Source: an uncultured bacterium (GTDB taxonomy: Bacteria > Oederibacteriota > Oederibacteriia > Oederibacteriales > Oederibacteriaceae). Taken from it: DNA of 64,000 nt. The notes under the pieces were generated by a model, which did not search any database, had not been told where the DNA came from, and worked only from the letters and a program-made list of their open reading frames with translations. Location of the stretch: contig OZ218778.1 of assembly GCA_965112635.1 (NCBI GenBank), positions 1,024,001 through 1,088,000 of the forward strand, given 5' to 3'. Shown here one piece after another: positions 1 through 9,551 of the stretch. A program made the translations under genes and the position numbers. The first letter of the stretch is position 1. Every line of letters starts with the position of its first letter.

Positions 1-29
1 AATGAAGCAGACGATAAGGAGGACGAGGA

Positions 30-1031
30 ATGCAGTACAGGATCTTAGGCAAGACAGGATTAAAAGTCAGCGAAGTAGGGCTGGGGTGCTGGGCCTTTGG
101 AGGGCCTTTTACCATCAACGGCATCCAGGCCGGGTTCGCCGGACAGGACGACAAGGAATCCATCCGGGTCATCCATACGGCGCAGGATAAAGGCATCAAC
201 TTTTTGGACACGGCGGACGCCTACGGCCTGGGCCATAGCGAAGAGGTGATAGGACAGGCCCTGGCTCAGGACAGCAGGCGTAGCCGCTGGTTTATCGCGA
301 CCAAGGCCGGGCATTTGCCCTATGACCAGAGCCGGTTCAAGAGCGCCTGGGAAAAGGAAAATCTGAGGTTTTGTCTGGAGAGCAGCCTAAAGCGGCTTAA
401 GACCGACCATGTTGACCTGTACCAGTGGCACGACGCGCCAGGAACGGAGTGGCGAGAGACAGCTTACGAGAGTTTCCAGAAATTCAAAAAAGAGGGGAAG
501 ATCCGCTGGTTCGGACTCTCCTTTTACGGCATCAAGGAAGCCCAGGGCCTGTTGCAGGCGGGCTGGGAGTGGGACACGGCACAGATCGAGTACAACATGC
601 TGTGGACCTATGCCAAAGCTTCCGGTTCCCTGGCCCTGGCCAAGGAAAAGAACTGGGGCGTGATCGTCAAAAGCCCGTTGCACGGCAGCATCCTGACCGG
701 AAAATACGGGGAGGGCGCGACTTTTCCCAAGGACGATCTCCGAGCCGACATCAAAGGCGTGGCCAAGCACTTTTCTGACCCGGCGCGGTACAAGCGCAAC
801 CTGGAGTTTTTAAAGCAAATTGAGTTCCTCAAAAAACAGGGCAGGAGTTTAGGCCAGGCGGCTTTGCGGTATGTGCTGGATGAGCCGGTGGTGTCCACCA
901 TCATTGTGGGCTCGCGGAAGGTGAACCAGCTCCTGGAAAATATCGGCGTGTCCGAGCTGGCCGGGCTGACCCCAGAGGAAATGGCCAGGCTCCGAGATGT
1001 CCAAAAGGCGTTCAATACGGATGCCGAATAA
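30..1031 (+). CDS. Aldo/keto reductase family oxidoreductase
   Basis: N-terminal YRILGKTGLKVSEVGLGCW; GINFLDTADAYG; SLKRLKTDHVDLYQWH; KIRWFGLS motifs; GAGGA RBS. Confidence 0.92.
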   Translation: MQYRILGKTGLKVSEVGLGCWAFGGPFTINGIQAGFAGQDDKESIRVIHTAQDKGINFLDTADAYGLGHSEEVIGQALAQDSRRSRWFIATKAGHLPYDQSRFKSAWEKENLRFCLESSLKRLKTDHVDLYQWHDAPGTEWRETAYESFQKFKKEGKIRWFGLSFYGIKEAQGLLQAGWEWDTAQIEYNMLWTYAKASGSLALAKEKNWGVIVKSPLHGSILTGKYGEGATFPKDDLRADIKGVAKHFSDPARYKRNLEFLKQIEFLKKQGRSLGQAALRYVLDEPVVSTIIVGSRKVNQLLENIGVSELAGLTPEEMARLRDVQKAFNTDAE

Positions 1032-1100
1032 AAACCCTTTAAAATCAAGGAAATCTTAAAAAACTCTTGTTTTACAGAGAAAAACACCTATTTATTAAAT

Positions 1101-1318
1101 CCCTTTCCCCTTGAGGGGGGAAGGAAAGGATGGGGGTGAGGGTTCAGGCTGACTTTACCCCCACCCGCCCCTGGCGCCTCCCCCTCACGCCAAAGGAGCG
1201 CAGAACTAGGGGAGAGGAGATTGGATGTCCGACACAAGCACTCGGGCATGACACCCTAAGACCACGGCCCGCCTATTTTGGTGTCATTCCCGCATTTCCC
1301 CGGCGGGAATCCATAATT
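1101..1318. repeat. Cluster of two REP-like inverted doublets
   Basis: ccctttccccttgaggggggaagg...gggggtgag paired with tttacccccaccc...ggggagagg; tggatgtccga...tcgggcatgacacc facing ggtgtcattcccgc...gcgggaatcca. Confidence 0.6.
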
Positions 1319-1424
1319 AGAGTCATAGCTTACCCTATGTAATTACTATATTTTCCAGCATGAAATGTGTCTACATATATATCCAAATATGTATAATTTG
1401 TTATACGCTTTTTGATGGGAAAAT

Positions 1425-1931
1425 ATGGCAAAAAATCACATTTTTGATGAGGTCCTGGGACAGGGTTCAAGGTTTTGTTTGCTCAGGGAGCGGATGATAT
1501 CCTGCCGGGGCCCGCTGTCCGGCCGGAAGGTCTCAGCCCTGGCCGGGCTGGGTCCGGCGACCGGCCACGAGGGTCTGGCCAAGCTGGTCCAACAGGGCCT
1601 AGTCAGCCAGACCTCTAAAGGAACCACCTTTCTTTTTACCTTAAATCGTGAGAATTCTCTTGCAAAATCATGCCTTTGTCCGCTTTTTGAGTACGAGCGC
1701 AACCAGGAAATAGGCCTAACACAAGGATTTTCTACTCCTGAGCCTGCCATGAGGCCTAACTACCCTCCGGTTACAGAACCAGTCCCAAATCCCGCCGAAG
1801 AGTCTAAAGCCCCCACCCCTGCTCCCCAGGCTCCTGAAACCAACAAACTCCCTGTCAATGGAACCCGAGTCATTGCCGATGTTCTCAAAAACGAACTTAA
1901 AAAGAGTATTGGAAAATTTTTGGGGTTTTAG
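1425..1931 (+). CDS. Winged-helix DNA-binding protein with Pro-rich C-terminal tail
   Basis: LSGRKVSALAGLGPATGHEGLAKLVQQGLV...FLFTLNREN resembles the wHTH found N-terminal to MNT nucleotidyltransferases; tail is low-complexity. Confidence 0.5.
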   Translation: MAKNHIFDEVLGQGSRFCLLRERMISCRGPLSGRKVSALAGLGPATGHEGLAKLVQQGLVSQTSKGTTFLFTLNRENSLAKSCLCPLFEYERNQEIGLTQGFSTPEPAMRPNYPPVTEPVPNPAEESKAPTPAPQAPETNKLPVNGTRVIADVLKNELKKSIGKFLGF

Positions 1932-1995
1932 GGATTGTTATAGGGGTAAGATAGGCATGTGATAAATTATTAAAAAGATTAAAAGATGGTGGTCA

Positions 1996-2820
1996 ATGTT
2001 AAATGTAAAGATACTTCCTTATCCACTTTTAGGTGCGATTAAAGCTTCTGCTAAATGGACAGATAATGAAATATTTCCTTCAAATGAGGATTATAGCCGT
2101 GAAATTGAGAAATGGCTTGGTTTTATAACTTCAATTGGAGAATGGAAACGATATTTTTTAAGATTGACTAAACAAAATGAGGGAAAAAGGTCAGAGACCT
2201 TCGCTGAGATTTCAACAGCATATTTTCTTGATCGTTTGTGTGGGTTTAGAATTCACACGCCCGAACCTGAAGGCAAGGATAAGAAAAGAGGAGATTATCT
2301 AATAAGGATTGATCAGAAAGATATTTTTTGTGAGGTACAATGTCCCAGTTGGCAGTATGAATTCGTTAAAGAAGAAAAATTGAAACGACAAAAAGACACT
2401 CAATGTAAATTTAATGTTCAGAGATTGAAAGAACCCAAATATAAGGAGGGTTGTGAGGTCCAAGTACAAGCGTTTGGATCTCATATTAAGGACTCCATTA
2501 ATGGGGCATATGAAAAATTAAAGGGGGATAAACCATCTCTTTTAATATTATGTGATAATAGACAACATAGCCCTGTAGATTGGCGGGCAAAACACAATGG
2601 GTTTCCATATCCAATCCATGAAGCACTTTATCACGAATTATTAAAGCCACCCCTGGAAGATCCTCTTGGTAGGGGGTGCTTTACAACAAATCAATATCAT
2701 TTATTAAGTGGTGTCTTATTTATGCGTTTATTTGATATAAATTATAAAAGTGTTCTGGCTATTAATCCTTATGCTGTTCAGCAACTACCTGAGTCGTTTA
2801 AAAGTATTTTCTGTAAATGA
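1996..2820 (+). CDS. Hypothetical protein, possible PD-(D/E)XK nuclease-like fold
   Basis: AT-rich ORF; E...GDYLI...FCEVQ pattern resembles a restriction-endonuclease-like core. Confidence 0.45.
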   Translation: MLNVKILPYPLLGAIKASAKWTDNEIFPSNEDYSREIEKWLGFITSIGEWKRYFLRLTKQNEGKRSETFAEISTAYFLDRLCGFRIHTPEPEGKDKKRGDYLIRIDQKDIFCEVQCPSWQYEFVKEEKLKRQKDTQCKFNVQRLKEPKYKEGCEVQVQAFGSHIKDSINGAYEKLKGDKPSLLILCDNRQHSPVDWRAKHNGFPYPIHEALYHELLKPPLEDPLGRGCFTTNQYHLLSGVLFMRLFDINYKSVLAINPYAVQQLPESFKSIFCK

Positions 2821-3749
2821 AAGGGGCGGAATTTATGAATTTCTTCTATTATCTTAAATTTTTGATAAAGCACCTTATATCTTATTATTTTTGGCCTGCG
2901 GTAGCTGGGGTAGCACTATATTTTTTGCTCCATCCTTTCAAAATAAGCTTTTGGCAAATTATGGTTACGCTATTATTGTTTTTAATTTGGGAGGAAAGGT
3001 CTATCGCAAGGAAATATAAAGGTAGTTATAAATTAGAAATATTGTTAATACCTAATTGGGATGAAATCTACCGTTACACCGCAGAAGATATTGGGATTGA
3101 ATTTGATAAAAATTATATAAAGAATTTTTGTGATATTTTTGAGGTAGTTCATTCTGCTGATGATGAAACAATAGGCGGAAAAGGGTTCAGTTTTGTAGTC
3201 TATAAAAATAAAGAAATGGAATTTATCTGGAGTGATAATAAAAAGGCACCTGTAAGTACCACAACAATATTTGGTGATATTTTTGAATTTAAAAAAGCTT
3301 TTCCTAGACTTGATTTTGAGTTTATGAATCTTCCAGAACCCAGCAAATATAAAGACTGTAAATTATTTACTCCCATGTACATTTCTCCATTTGAAATCAG
3401 GTTTAATACTTCTTTGGCTAAACTAGATGTTCAAATACCTTTTAATCAGGTTTTGGAGGTTGTTTTGTTAGCAGGTAGATACGGCGGCTGGCTCGGAGGA
3501 TCATATTGCGCCGTAAAAAAGTTTCCAAAAAAAATCCAAAAATTACTAAATGAAAACTCTGTTATTTATGATACTGAGGCATATGAAAAAGGGGGAGAGA
3601 ATTCACTTGTAAACAATAGTTCCTGGGCAAAAATGGTTGGTGTTGAATATTACAAATATAAAGTTGATTACCATGTTTTGAAACACAAATATTTAACAGT
3701 GAAATTTAGTGTAAGAATTCAAAATGAAATGTCGCAGCAGTTTATTTGA
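2817..3749 (+). CDS. Hypothetical membrane protein (2 N-terminal TM helices)
   Basis: 310-aa AT-rich ORF overlapping the previous stop (ATGA); hydrophobic N-terminus. Confidence 0.6.
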   Translation: MKGAEFMNFFYYLKFLIKHLISYYFWPAVAGVALYFLLHPFKISFWQIMVTLLLFLIWEERSIARKYKGSYKLEILLIPNWDEIYRYTAEDIGIEFDKNYIKNFCDIFEVVHSADDETIGGKGFSFVVYKNKEMEFIWSDNKKAPVSTTTIFGDIFEFKKAFPRLDFEFMNLPEPSKYKDCKLFTPMYISPFEIRFNTSLAKLDVQIPFNQVLEVVLLAGRYGGWLGGSYCAVKKFPKKIQKLLNENSVIYDTEAYEKGGENSLVNNSSWAKMVGVEYYKYKVDYHVLKHKYLTVKFSVRIQNEMSQQFI

Positions 3750-3905
3750 TAGGTACTGCTTTTCCCCAATCCCCACAGCAACTGAGGGACATGCTGAGCT
3801 TGCTTTCAGGGTAGGCTCCTTTCCACAGTTTCTGGCACTGCGTTTAGTTCTCACAATCCTATAAAAAAATGAAATATTTTACCAGCAAAGTAGAGAGGAT
3901 AGAGA

Positions 3906-4460
3906 TTGATCAGGCTATGCCGGCCCGCAGAGGCCGAGGAGTGCTGTAGCATCATCAATGATGCGGCCGAGGCTTACCGGGGAGTCATTGCCCCGGATTG
4001 CTGGCAGGAGCCGTACATGCCCCTGGCTGAGTTTAAACAGGAGATAAAAGCAGGAGTGGTGTTTTGGGGCTTTGAACAGCACGGCCAGCTAAGGGGGATC
4101 ATGGGCATGCAGGAGGTCCAGGATGTGACCCTGTTCCGCCATGCCTATGTCAGGACAGCCTGGAGACATCAGGGCGTAGGGACCAGTATCCTGGGGCATC
4201 TTAAAAAACTGACCGATAGGCCGGCTTTGATAGGAACCTGGGCTGACGCGGTCTGGGCCATCCGGTTCTATGAAAAGAACGGGTTTAAGCTGGTGTCCTG
4301 GGAAGAAAAAGAAAGATTGTTGCGGAAATATTGGTCTATACCTGACCGGCAAATCGAAACTTCGGTAGTTCTAGCGGATGAAAAATGGTTGAACGACCTG
4401 AATACCCCTCAAGGGGGTACTAAAAAGAGTGGTCGTTCAACGGGCACTTTCCTTAGTTAA
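3906..4460 (+). CDS. GNAT family N-acetyltransferase
   Basis: YVRTAWRHQGVGTSIL acetyl-CoA motif A; AIRFYEKNGF; GAGG RBS before TTG. Confidence 0.88.
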   Translation: MIRLCRPAEAEECCSIINDAAEAYRGVIAPDCWQEPYMPLAEFKQEIKAGVVFWGFEQHGQLRGIMGMQEVQDVTLFRHAYVRTAWRHQGVGTSILGHLKKLTDRPALIGTWADAVWAIRFYEKNGFKLVSWEEKERLLRKYWSIPDRQIETSVVLADEKWLNDLNTPQGGTKKSGRSTGTFLS

Positions 4461-4531
4461 TTATATATGTTGTGCCCCCGGAGGGAAAGTGACAATCCCC
4501 TAGCGGGAATCCATTAATTGGCAAGAATCTT

Positions 4532-5218
4532 TTAAGCTTTTCCCAGCCGGCGTTTGACTTCTTCCAGCATTTCCACGGTCCGAGTGGCCCCGCAGCGGGT
4601 GACCCCGATGTCCCTGATCTTAAGGAGCGTGTCCAAATCCCTGACCCCGCCGGCAGCTTTGACCTGGATATGAGGGGCGGTATGCTGGCGCATCAGGGTT
4701 AGGTCCTCCACCGTGGCGCCGCTGGTGCCGTAACCCGTGGAAGTTTTGACCCAATCCACATTGATGTCGCTGCAGATCTTGCAGAGCATGATCTTTTGGT
4801 CGTTGTTGAGATAGCAATTTTCAAAAATAATCTTGATCTTGGCCCCGCCGCTGTGGGTGATCTCGGTGACCTCACGGATATCCTTAGCCACATAGTCCCA
4901 GTTATTACTTAAAACCTGGCTGATATTGACCACCATATCCAGTTCTTTGCCGCCGTCAGCCAGAGCTTGTTTGGCCTCAGCTATTTTAATCGCGGTAGTA
5001 TGGACCCCATGGGGGAAACCGATAGTGGTGCTGGGATTGACCTTGCTTCCCTTGAGGAGTTCAGCGCAGCGTTTCAGATAAAAAGGCATGATGCAGACGC
5101 TGGCCGTGTCGTATTTGAGGGCGATTTGGCAGCCTTCCTCCAAATCATTTTGTTTCAGGGTCGGGTTTAGCAGGGAATGGTCGATCATTTTAGCGATATC
5201 GTTATAGGTATAGTTCAT
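4532..5218 (-). CDS. deoC: Deoxyribose-phosphate aldolase
   Basis: IDHSLL, TIGFPHG, ELDMVVN, VKTSTGYG, VKAAGGVR motifs; AGGAGG RBS. Confidence 0.95.
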   Translation of the reverse strand: MNYTYNDIAKMIDHSLLNPTLKQNDLEEGCQIALKYDTASVCIMPFYLKRCAELLKGSKVNPSTTIGFPHGVHTTAIKIAEAKQALADGGKELDMVVNISQVLSNNWDYVAKDIREVTEITHSGGAKIKIIFENCYLNNDQKIMLCKICSDINVDWVKTSTGYGTSGATVEDLTLMRQHTAPHIQVKAAGGVRDLDTLLKIRDIGVTRCGATRTVEMLEEVKRRLGKA

Positions 5219-5230
5219 AGAGCCTCCTTA

Positions 5231-6430
5231 TTAATCTCCGGATTTTAAAAAATCAATATCCAGGGGAACCATAACTTTTTTACCGCTGGATGACTTTAAC
5301 ATAATTTTTTTATCTCCCTCAAGAGGCTTGATTTGGCTGACCTTGTCAAAACCTTTGGGGATGCTGGCCACGCCGGAGATGTAATTCACAGCCAGTTTTT
5401 TATCCGGCTCCAGATGTTTGCAGGTCTCGATGCCATGGGCTGACCAGGGATTTTTGGCCACGGACCCGGCTAATCCGCCGTTCATGTAGGAGGTCACTTC
5501 TTCCATTCCCATCACATTGATATGCCGGCTGCTCCAGGGAGCATAATGCCGGCCGCCGTTGGATAGCCAGAAACAGGTCTGGCGGAGGATCTTGGGATCC
5601 TTGAGAGAGAACCACACGTAACCGTGTTCCGGGAAGGTGACCGCGGTCCAGGTAAAAGGTTGTTGCCAGTCAGAGGCCAGGAGGACCAGGTCCTCAAAAC
5701 CCCGGCGGGCCGGGTAGCGGGCGAGGTCGGCGTATCCGCCTCCCGCCGTAGGAACCCTAGTCAGCGAGGTAAAAAGCGCGTTGGGTTTTAGGAGCGAGTA
5801 GCCAAGTTTTTCGGGCAGTTCCAGAGGTTCGGCCAGGACCTGGCCCCTCCTAAAAGGGCTCACGGACACGCGGCCGCAGAAAGGCTCATCAGGGAATTTG
5901 AGCATGGCGTGGTGGCCGAAGCTCATAGGCCCGGACATACGGGAAATAATGTGCTGGTCGTAAACCGCGGTCTGACCGTCCACCAGATAGATGCGTTTGT
6001 CCACCCGGCCTGGACGGACCTTTGTTTTGAGACTGAAGTGAAAACAGGTTTTATGTTTTTCCCGTTGCACGGCTTCAAAGGTCCAGGGCCGGACCGCTGT
6101 TTCCCCGTGGTCAGGGTGCTTTTCTCCCCGGTAGAGTTTGGGGCCGCCTCCAAAAGGCATGCAAAAAAAGTCTCCCCGCAGGAGCTGCAGGACCACAGGG
6201 AGCCGGTCAACACCGGGTTCCTCGGCCCAGGGAGCGACAGAATAGGGAGAAATCTTTTTTCCATTGAGGTTGAAAGTGACGGGACCCAGATGACCGCCTT
6301 GCTTGGTGAGATAGGCTTCCACTTTATCGGAAGCAAGCATCCAGGAGGGCTGGCCGTATTTGACGCAGGTTTTTGCTTTCAATTTGTTTCCCCTTAGAGG
6401 ACCAAAATCAACTTTTCCAACATAATACAA
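5231..6430 (-). CDS. Hypothetical protein, possible galactose-mutarotase-like beta-sandwich; start uncertain
   Basis: RGDFFCMPFG, HGET, GHHAML and WLSNGGR motifs; directly upstream of deoC. Confidence 0.55.
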   Translation of the reverse strand: MYYVGKVDFGPLRGNKLKAKTCVKYGQPSWMLASDKVEAYLTKQGGHLGPVTFNLNGKKISPYSVAPWAEEPGVDRLPVVLQLLRGDFFCMPFGGGPKLYRGEKHPDHGETAVRPWTFEAVQREKHKTCFHFSLKTKVRPGRVDKRIYLVDGQTAVYDQHIISRMSGPMSFGHHAMLKFPDEPFCGRVSVSPFRRGQVLAEPLELPEKLGYSLLKPNALFTSLTRVPTAGGGYADLARYPARRGFEDLVLLASDWQQPFTWTAVTFPEHGYVWFSLKDPKILRQTCFWLSNGGRHYAPWSSRHINVMGMEEVTSYMNGGLAGSVAKNPWSAHGIETCKHLEPDKKLAVNYISGVASIPKGFDKVSQIKPLEGDKKIMLKSSSGKKVMVPLDIDFLKSGD

Positions 6431-6527
6431 CTACAGGCGTGACTGTCAATCATCCTTAGATACACGTTTTTCTGGTGTTGACCGACCTGCCAGACCAGAG
6501 TAACTTAGTCCTTAGGAGGTATTTCTC

Positions 6528-6941
6528 ATGGATTTTGGGGTATCGCAGGCCAAACAAACGGCTTTGGCTGAACGGATGAACAAGCTCGGTCTGTTTGATG
6601 CCGATATAGAAGAGCATTTTATCCGGTCAGGCGGTGCCGGCGGCCAGAACGTGAACAAGACCTCGACCTGCGTGTATCTCAAACACCTGCCCACGGGTCT
6701 GGAGGTCAAATGCCAGCAAGAGCGTTCCCAGCCGCTCAACCGGTATCTGGCCAGGCGTCTTTTGACCGACAAGCTGGAGGCGAAGATACTGGGCAGACAG
6801 AGCGCGGCGCAGCAGCTCAGGGAAAAGATCAGACGGCAAAAACGCCGGCGCTCCCGCAGGGCCAAAAATAAAATGCTGGACGATAAGCATATCCATGCTG
6901 AGAAAAAGGCTTTTAGAAAACCAGTGAATCATTGGGAATAG
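6528..6941 (+). CDS. Peptide chain release factor-like peptidyl-tRNA hydrolase (ribosome rescue, ArfB/C12orf65-like)
   Basis: [17 protein letters not shown] motif; QERSQ; basic C-terminal tail; AGGAGG RBS. Confidence 0.88.
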   Translation: MDFGVSQAKQTALAERMNKLGLFDADIEEHFIRSGGAGGQNVNKTSTCVYLKHLPTGLEVKCQQERSQPLNRYLARRLLTDKLEAKILGRQSAAQQLREKIRRQKRRRSRRAKNKMLDDKHIHAEKKAFRKPVNHWE

Positions 6942-6971
6942 CATTTTACACTTCAGACGTCTGCGGGGCTC

Positions 6972-7000
6972 TTGATATTAGTCAGCCGTCCACTTATAAT
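6972..7000 (+). promoter_or_regulatory. Sigma70-type promoter of nadA
   Basis: TTGATA-N17-TATAAT. Confidence 0.6.
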
Positions 7001-7058
7001 TAAAGTAGTCCTTTTCTAGCGGCCTTCCAGCCACCCAATCGGATAACAAGGAGAAAAA

Positions 7059-8093
7059 ATGAGCAGTCGTGTTACTTTTCCAACAGAAGCAGAGGTACAA
7101 ACTGAGGCGGATAAGCTTTTTAATGTTTTCAAGGGTAAAGTGCCGGAAATTACCCGGGAAGCCTGCCTGGTTTACGCGCCCCTCATAGCCCAGATCAAAC
7201 AGTTAAAGATAGAAAAAAAGGCCACTATCCTGGCCCATACCTACGTGCAGCTGCCGGTCCTTTACGGCGTGGCGGATTTTGTGGGCGACTCCCTGTTCCT
7301 CAGCAAAAAAGCCATGGAAACAACGGCGGATGTGATCGTGTTCGCGGGGGTGCGCTTCATGGCCGAGACAGCCAAAATACTCAACCCCACCAAGACCGTG
7401 CTTTTACCGGCCCCGGACGCGGGATGCTCCCTGGCGGACGGCGTCACGGCCGAGGATGTCAGGAACCTGAAAAAAGCGCATCCCGGAGCCTGGGTCGTCT
7501 GCTATGTCAACACGCCCGCGGAGGTGAAAGCCGAAGCTGATGTGTGCTGTACCTCAGCCAATGCCCTGGAGATCGTCAATGCCGTGCCGACCCAGGAAGT
7601 GATCTTTGTGCCGGACCGGATGATGGCGGAAAATCTCGGGCCGTTGACCAAAAAGACCATCCATAGATGGAAAGCCACCTGCGAGGTGCATGAGAAATTT
7701 TCGGTCGCGCATATCCGGGGAGTGAGAGAGAACTATCCCGGTATCCGCATCCTGGTGCATCCGGAAAGCCCCAAGGAGGTCGTGGACAAGGCGGATTTTG
7801 TCGGAAGCACCGAGGGTATGATGACCTACACCAAGAACTCCAAGGACAAAAAGTTCATGTACGTGACCGAATGCGGGTTGATGGAAAGAGCCAGAGTGGA
7901 GTTCCCGGACAAGGAATTTTTCGGGACCTGCCTGTTGTGCCCCCACATGCAAAAGAACACCCTGCAGTCCATCCTGGACGTGATGACCAGCCCCCGGAAA
8001 GAACAGGTCGTGGAAGTCCCCGAAGGGGTCCGTGTTAAGGCTAAAGTCGCCGTAGACAAAATGTTCGAGTTGATGGCAAAAGCAAAGAAGTAA
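7059..8093 (+). CDS. nadA: Quinolinate synthase
   Basis: ILAHTY, GDSL, GVRFMAETAKIL, AGCSLA, YVNT, CEVH, VHPES, CPHM (three Fe-S Cys). Confidence 0.95.
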   Translation: MSSRVTFPTEAEVQTEADKLFNVFKGKVPEITREACLVYAPLIAQIKQLKIEKKATILAHTYVQLPVLYGVADFVGDSLFLSKKAMETTADVIVFAGVRFMAETAKILNPTKTVLLPAPDAGCSLADGVTAEDVRNLKKAHPGAWVVCYVNTPAEVKAEADVCCTSANALEIVNAVPTQEVIFVPDRMMAENLGPLTKKTIHRWKATCEVHEKFSVAHIRGVRENYPGIRILVHPESPKEVVDKADFVGSTEGMMTYTKNSKDKKFMYVTECGLMERARVEFPDKEFFGTCLLCPHMQKNTLQSILDVMTSPRKEQVVEVPEGVRVKAKVAVDKMFELMAKAKK

Positions 8094-8121
8094 TTTCCCA
8101 GTCCTGAGGCGGAGGGAACCC

Positions 8122-9501
8122 TTGGCTTTGGAAGTCGCGGTCGGCCAGCGAGAAACGATCAAGCTGGAAAATTTCGCCCAGGGCGGCGAGACCGTCGGCC
8201 ACCTCCAAGGACAGGCCGTTTTCATCCCCCACGGCATCCCCGGCGAGACCGTGGAGGCCGAGATCACCGAAGTCAAAAAGAACTACGCCCGCGCCAGGAT
8301 CGCCAAAGTCCTGGAACCTTCTCCTGCCCGGATAGACCCTCCCTGCAAATATTTTTACCAGTGCGGCGGATGCCAATGGCAGTTTTTGGAGTACAAGGAG
8401 CAGCTGCGGGCCAAGCAGAGGATCGTTGCCGATACCCTGGCCCATCTGGGCGGGCTTTCCCATATCCAGGTCAAAGAGACCATCCCTTCCAGCCTGACCT
8501 ACGGCTACCGCAACAAAGTGCAGCAGCCCGTGGGGGAGCAGGGAGGCAAGCTGGTGACGGGATTTTTCGCCCCGGGCTCCCATCATCTCGTGGCCGTGGA
8601 AGAGTGCCTGGTCGAGCCGGAGATCTCCAACAAGATCATGGCCGCGATAAGGGGCATTTTGCCCAAGTACCGAATCACTCCCTACCAGGAAAGCCGTCAT
8701 GAGGGGATCTTGCGGCACATCATCGTCAGGACCGGGTTCCATACCAAGGAGAACATGGTCATCCTGGTCACCAACTCCCGCGATTTTCCCCAGAGCCAGC
8801 AGCTGGCCCGGGACATCCTGTACCACTGCCCATCGGTCGTTTCCATCCTGCACAATATCAACATGGAAAAGACCAATGTCATCCTAGGCAAAGAGACCAA
8901 GGTTCTGGAAGGCCGTCCGTTCCTGTATGAGACCGTGGAAAACCTTAAATTCAAGATATCCGGGGAGTCGTTCTTCCAGGTCAACACGGACCAGGCCTGG
9001 CAGATCTGCCGTGTCGCGGCCGCTTACGCGGACCTCAAGGGGCTGGAGACCGTGGTGGACGCTTACTGCGGCACGGGGATGATCGGGCTTTACCTGGCGA
9101 GGAAGGCCCAGCGGGTTTTCGGCCTGGAGTCCGTGGCCCAGTCCGTGGGAGACGCCCAGACCAACAGCCAGCTCAACAAGGTCCGCAACGTGAAATTCGT
9201 CTGCGTGGACACGGCCGTGGGGTTGCAGCAGATGAAAAAGGAGAACGTCAACCCCCAGGTCGTGGTCCTGGACCCGCCCCGGCAGGGGTGCGATGAAAAA
9301 GTTCTAGCCGACCTGGTGGCCCTGGGCCCGAAGAGCGTGGTCTATGTTTCCTGCGACCCGGCCACCCTGGCCCGCGACCTGGCCTATCTGCACCGTTACG
9401 GCTACGTGGCGGCCGAGGTGCAGCCCATCGACCTTTTTCCCCAGACCGCCCATATTGAGTGCGTGGTCAAAGTGGAACAGAAACAGATGGGGCTGATCTG
9501 A
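8122..9501 (+). CDS. rlmD: 23S rRNA (uracil-C5)-methyltransferase RlmD/RumA
   Basis: TRAM domain; CKYFYQCGGC; FFQVN; DAYCGTG; LDPPRQG; YVSCDPATLARD; DLFPQTAHIE. Confidence 0.93.
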   Translation: MALEVAVGQRETIKLENFAQGGETVGHLQGQAVFIPHGIPGETVEAEITEVKKNYARARIAKVLEPSPARIDPPCKYFYQCGGCQWQFLEYKEQLRAKQRIVADTLAHLGGLSHIQVKETIPSSLTYGYRNKVQQPVGEQGGKLVTGFFAPGSHHLVAVEECLVEPEISNKIMAAIRGILPKYRITPYQESRHEGILRHIIVRTGFHTKENMVILVTNSRDFPQSQQLARDILYHCPSVVSILHNINMEKTNVILGKETKVLEGRPFLYETVENLKFKISGESFFQVNTDQAWQICRVAAAYADLKGLETVVDAYCGTGMIGLYLARKAQRVFGLESVAQSVGDAQTNSQLNKVRNVKFVCVDTAVGLQQMKKENVNPQVVVLDPPRQGCDEKVLADLVALGPKSVVYVSCDPATLARDLAYLHRYGYVAAEVQPIDLFPQTAHIECVVKVEQKQMGLI

Positions 9502-9551
9502 CGAACCCTGCGTAGAAAGGAAACGCGGCTTTTTGGGCCGCGAAAGGACGG

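Noticed and set aside
1130-1342. 70-aa ORF
   Set aside because: It lies entirely within REP-like palindromes
1931-3905. Integron cassette array
   Set aside because: No attC-like RYYYAAC...GTTRRRY sites between ORFs and no integrase
7001-7058. NAD+ riboswitch upstream of nadA
   Set aside because: The leader is only ~50 nt and lacks recognisable structure
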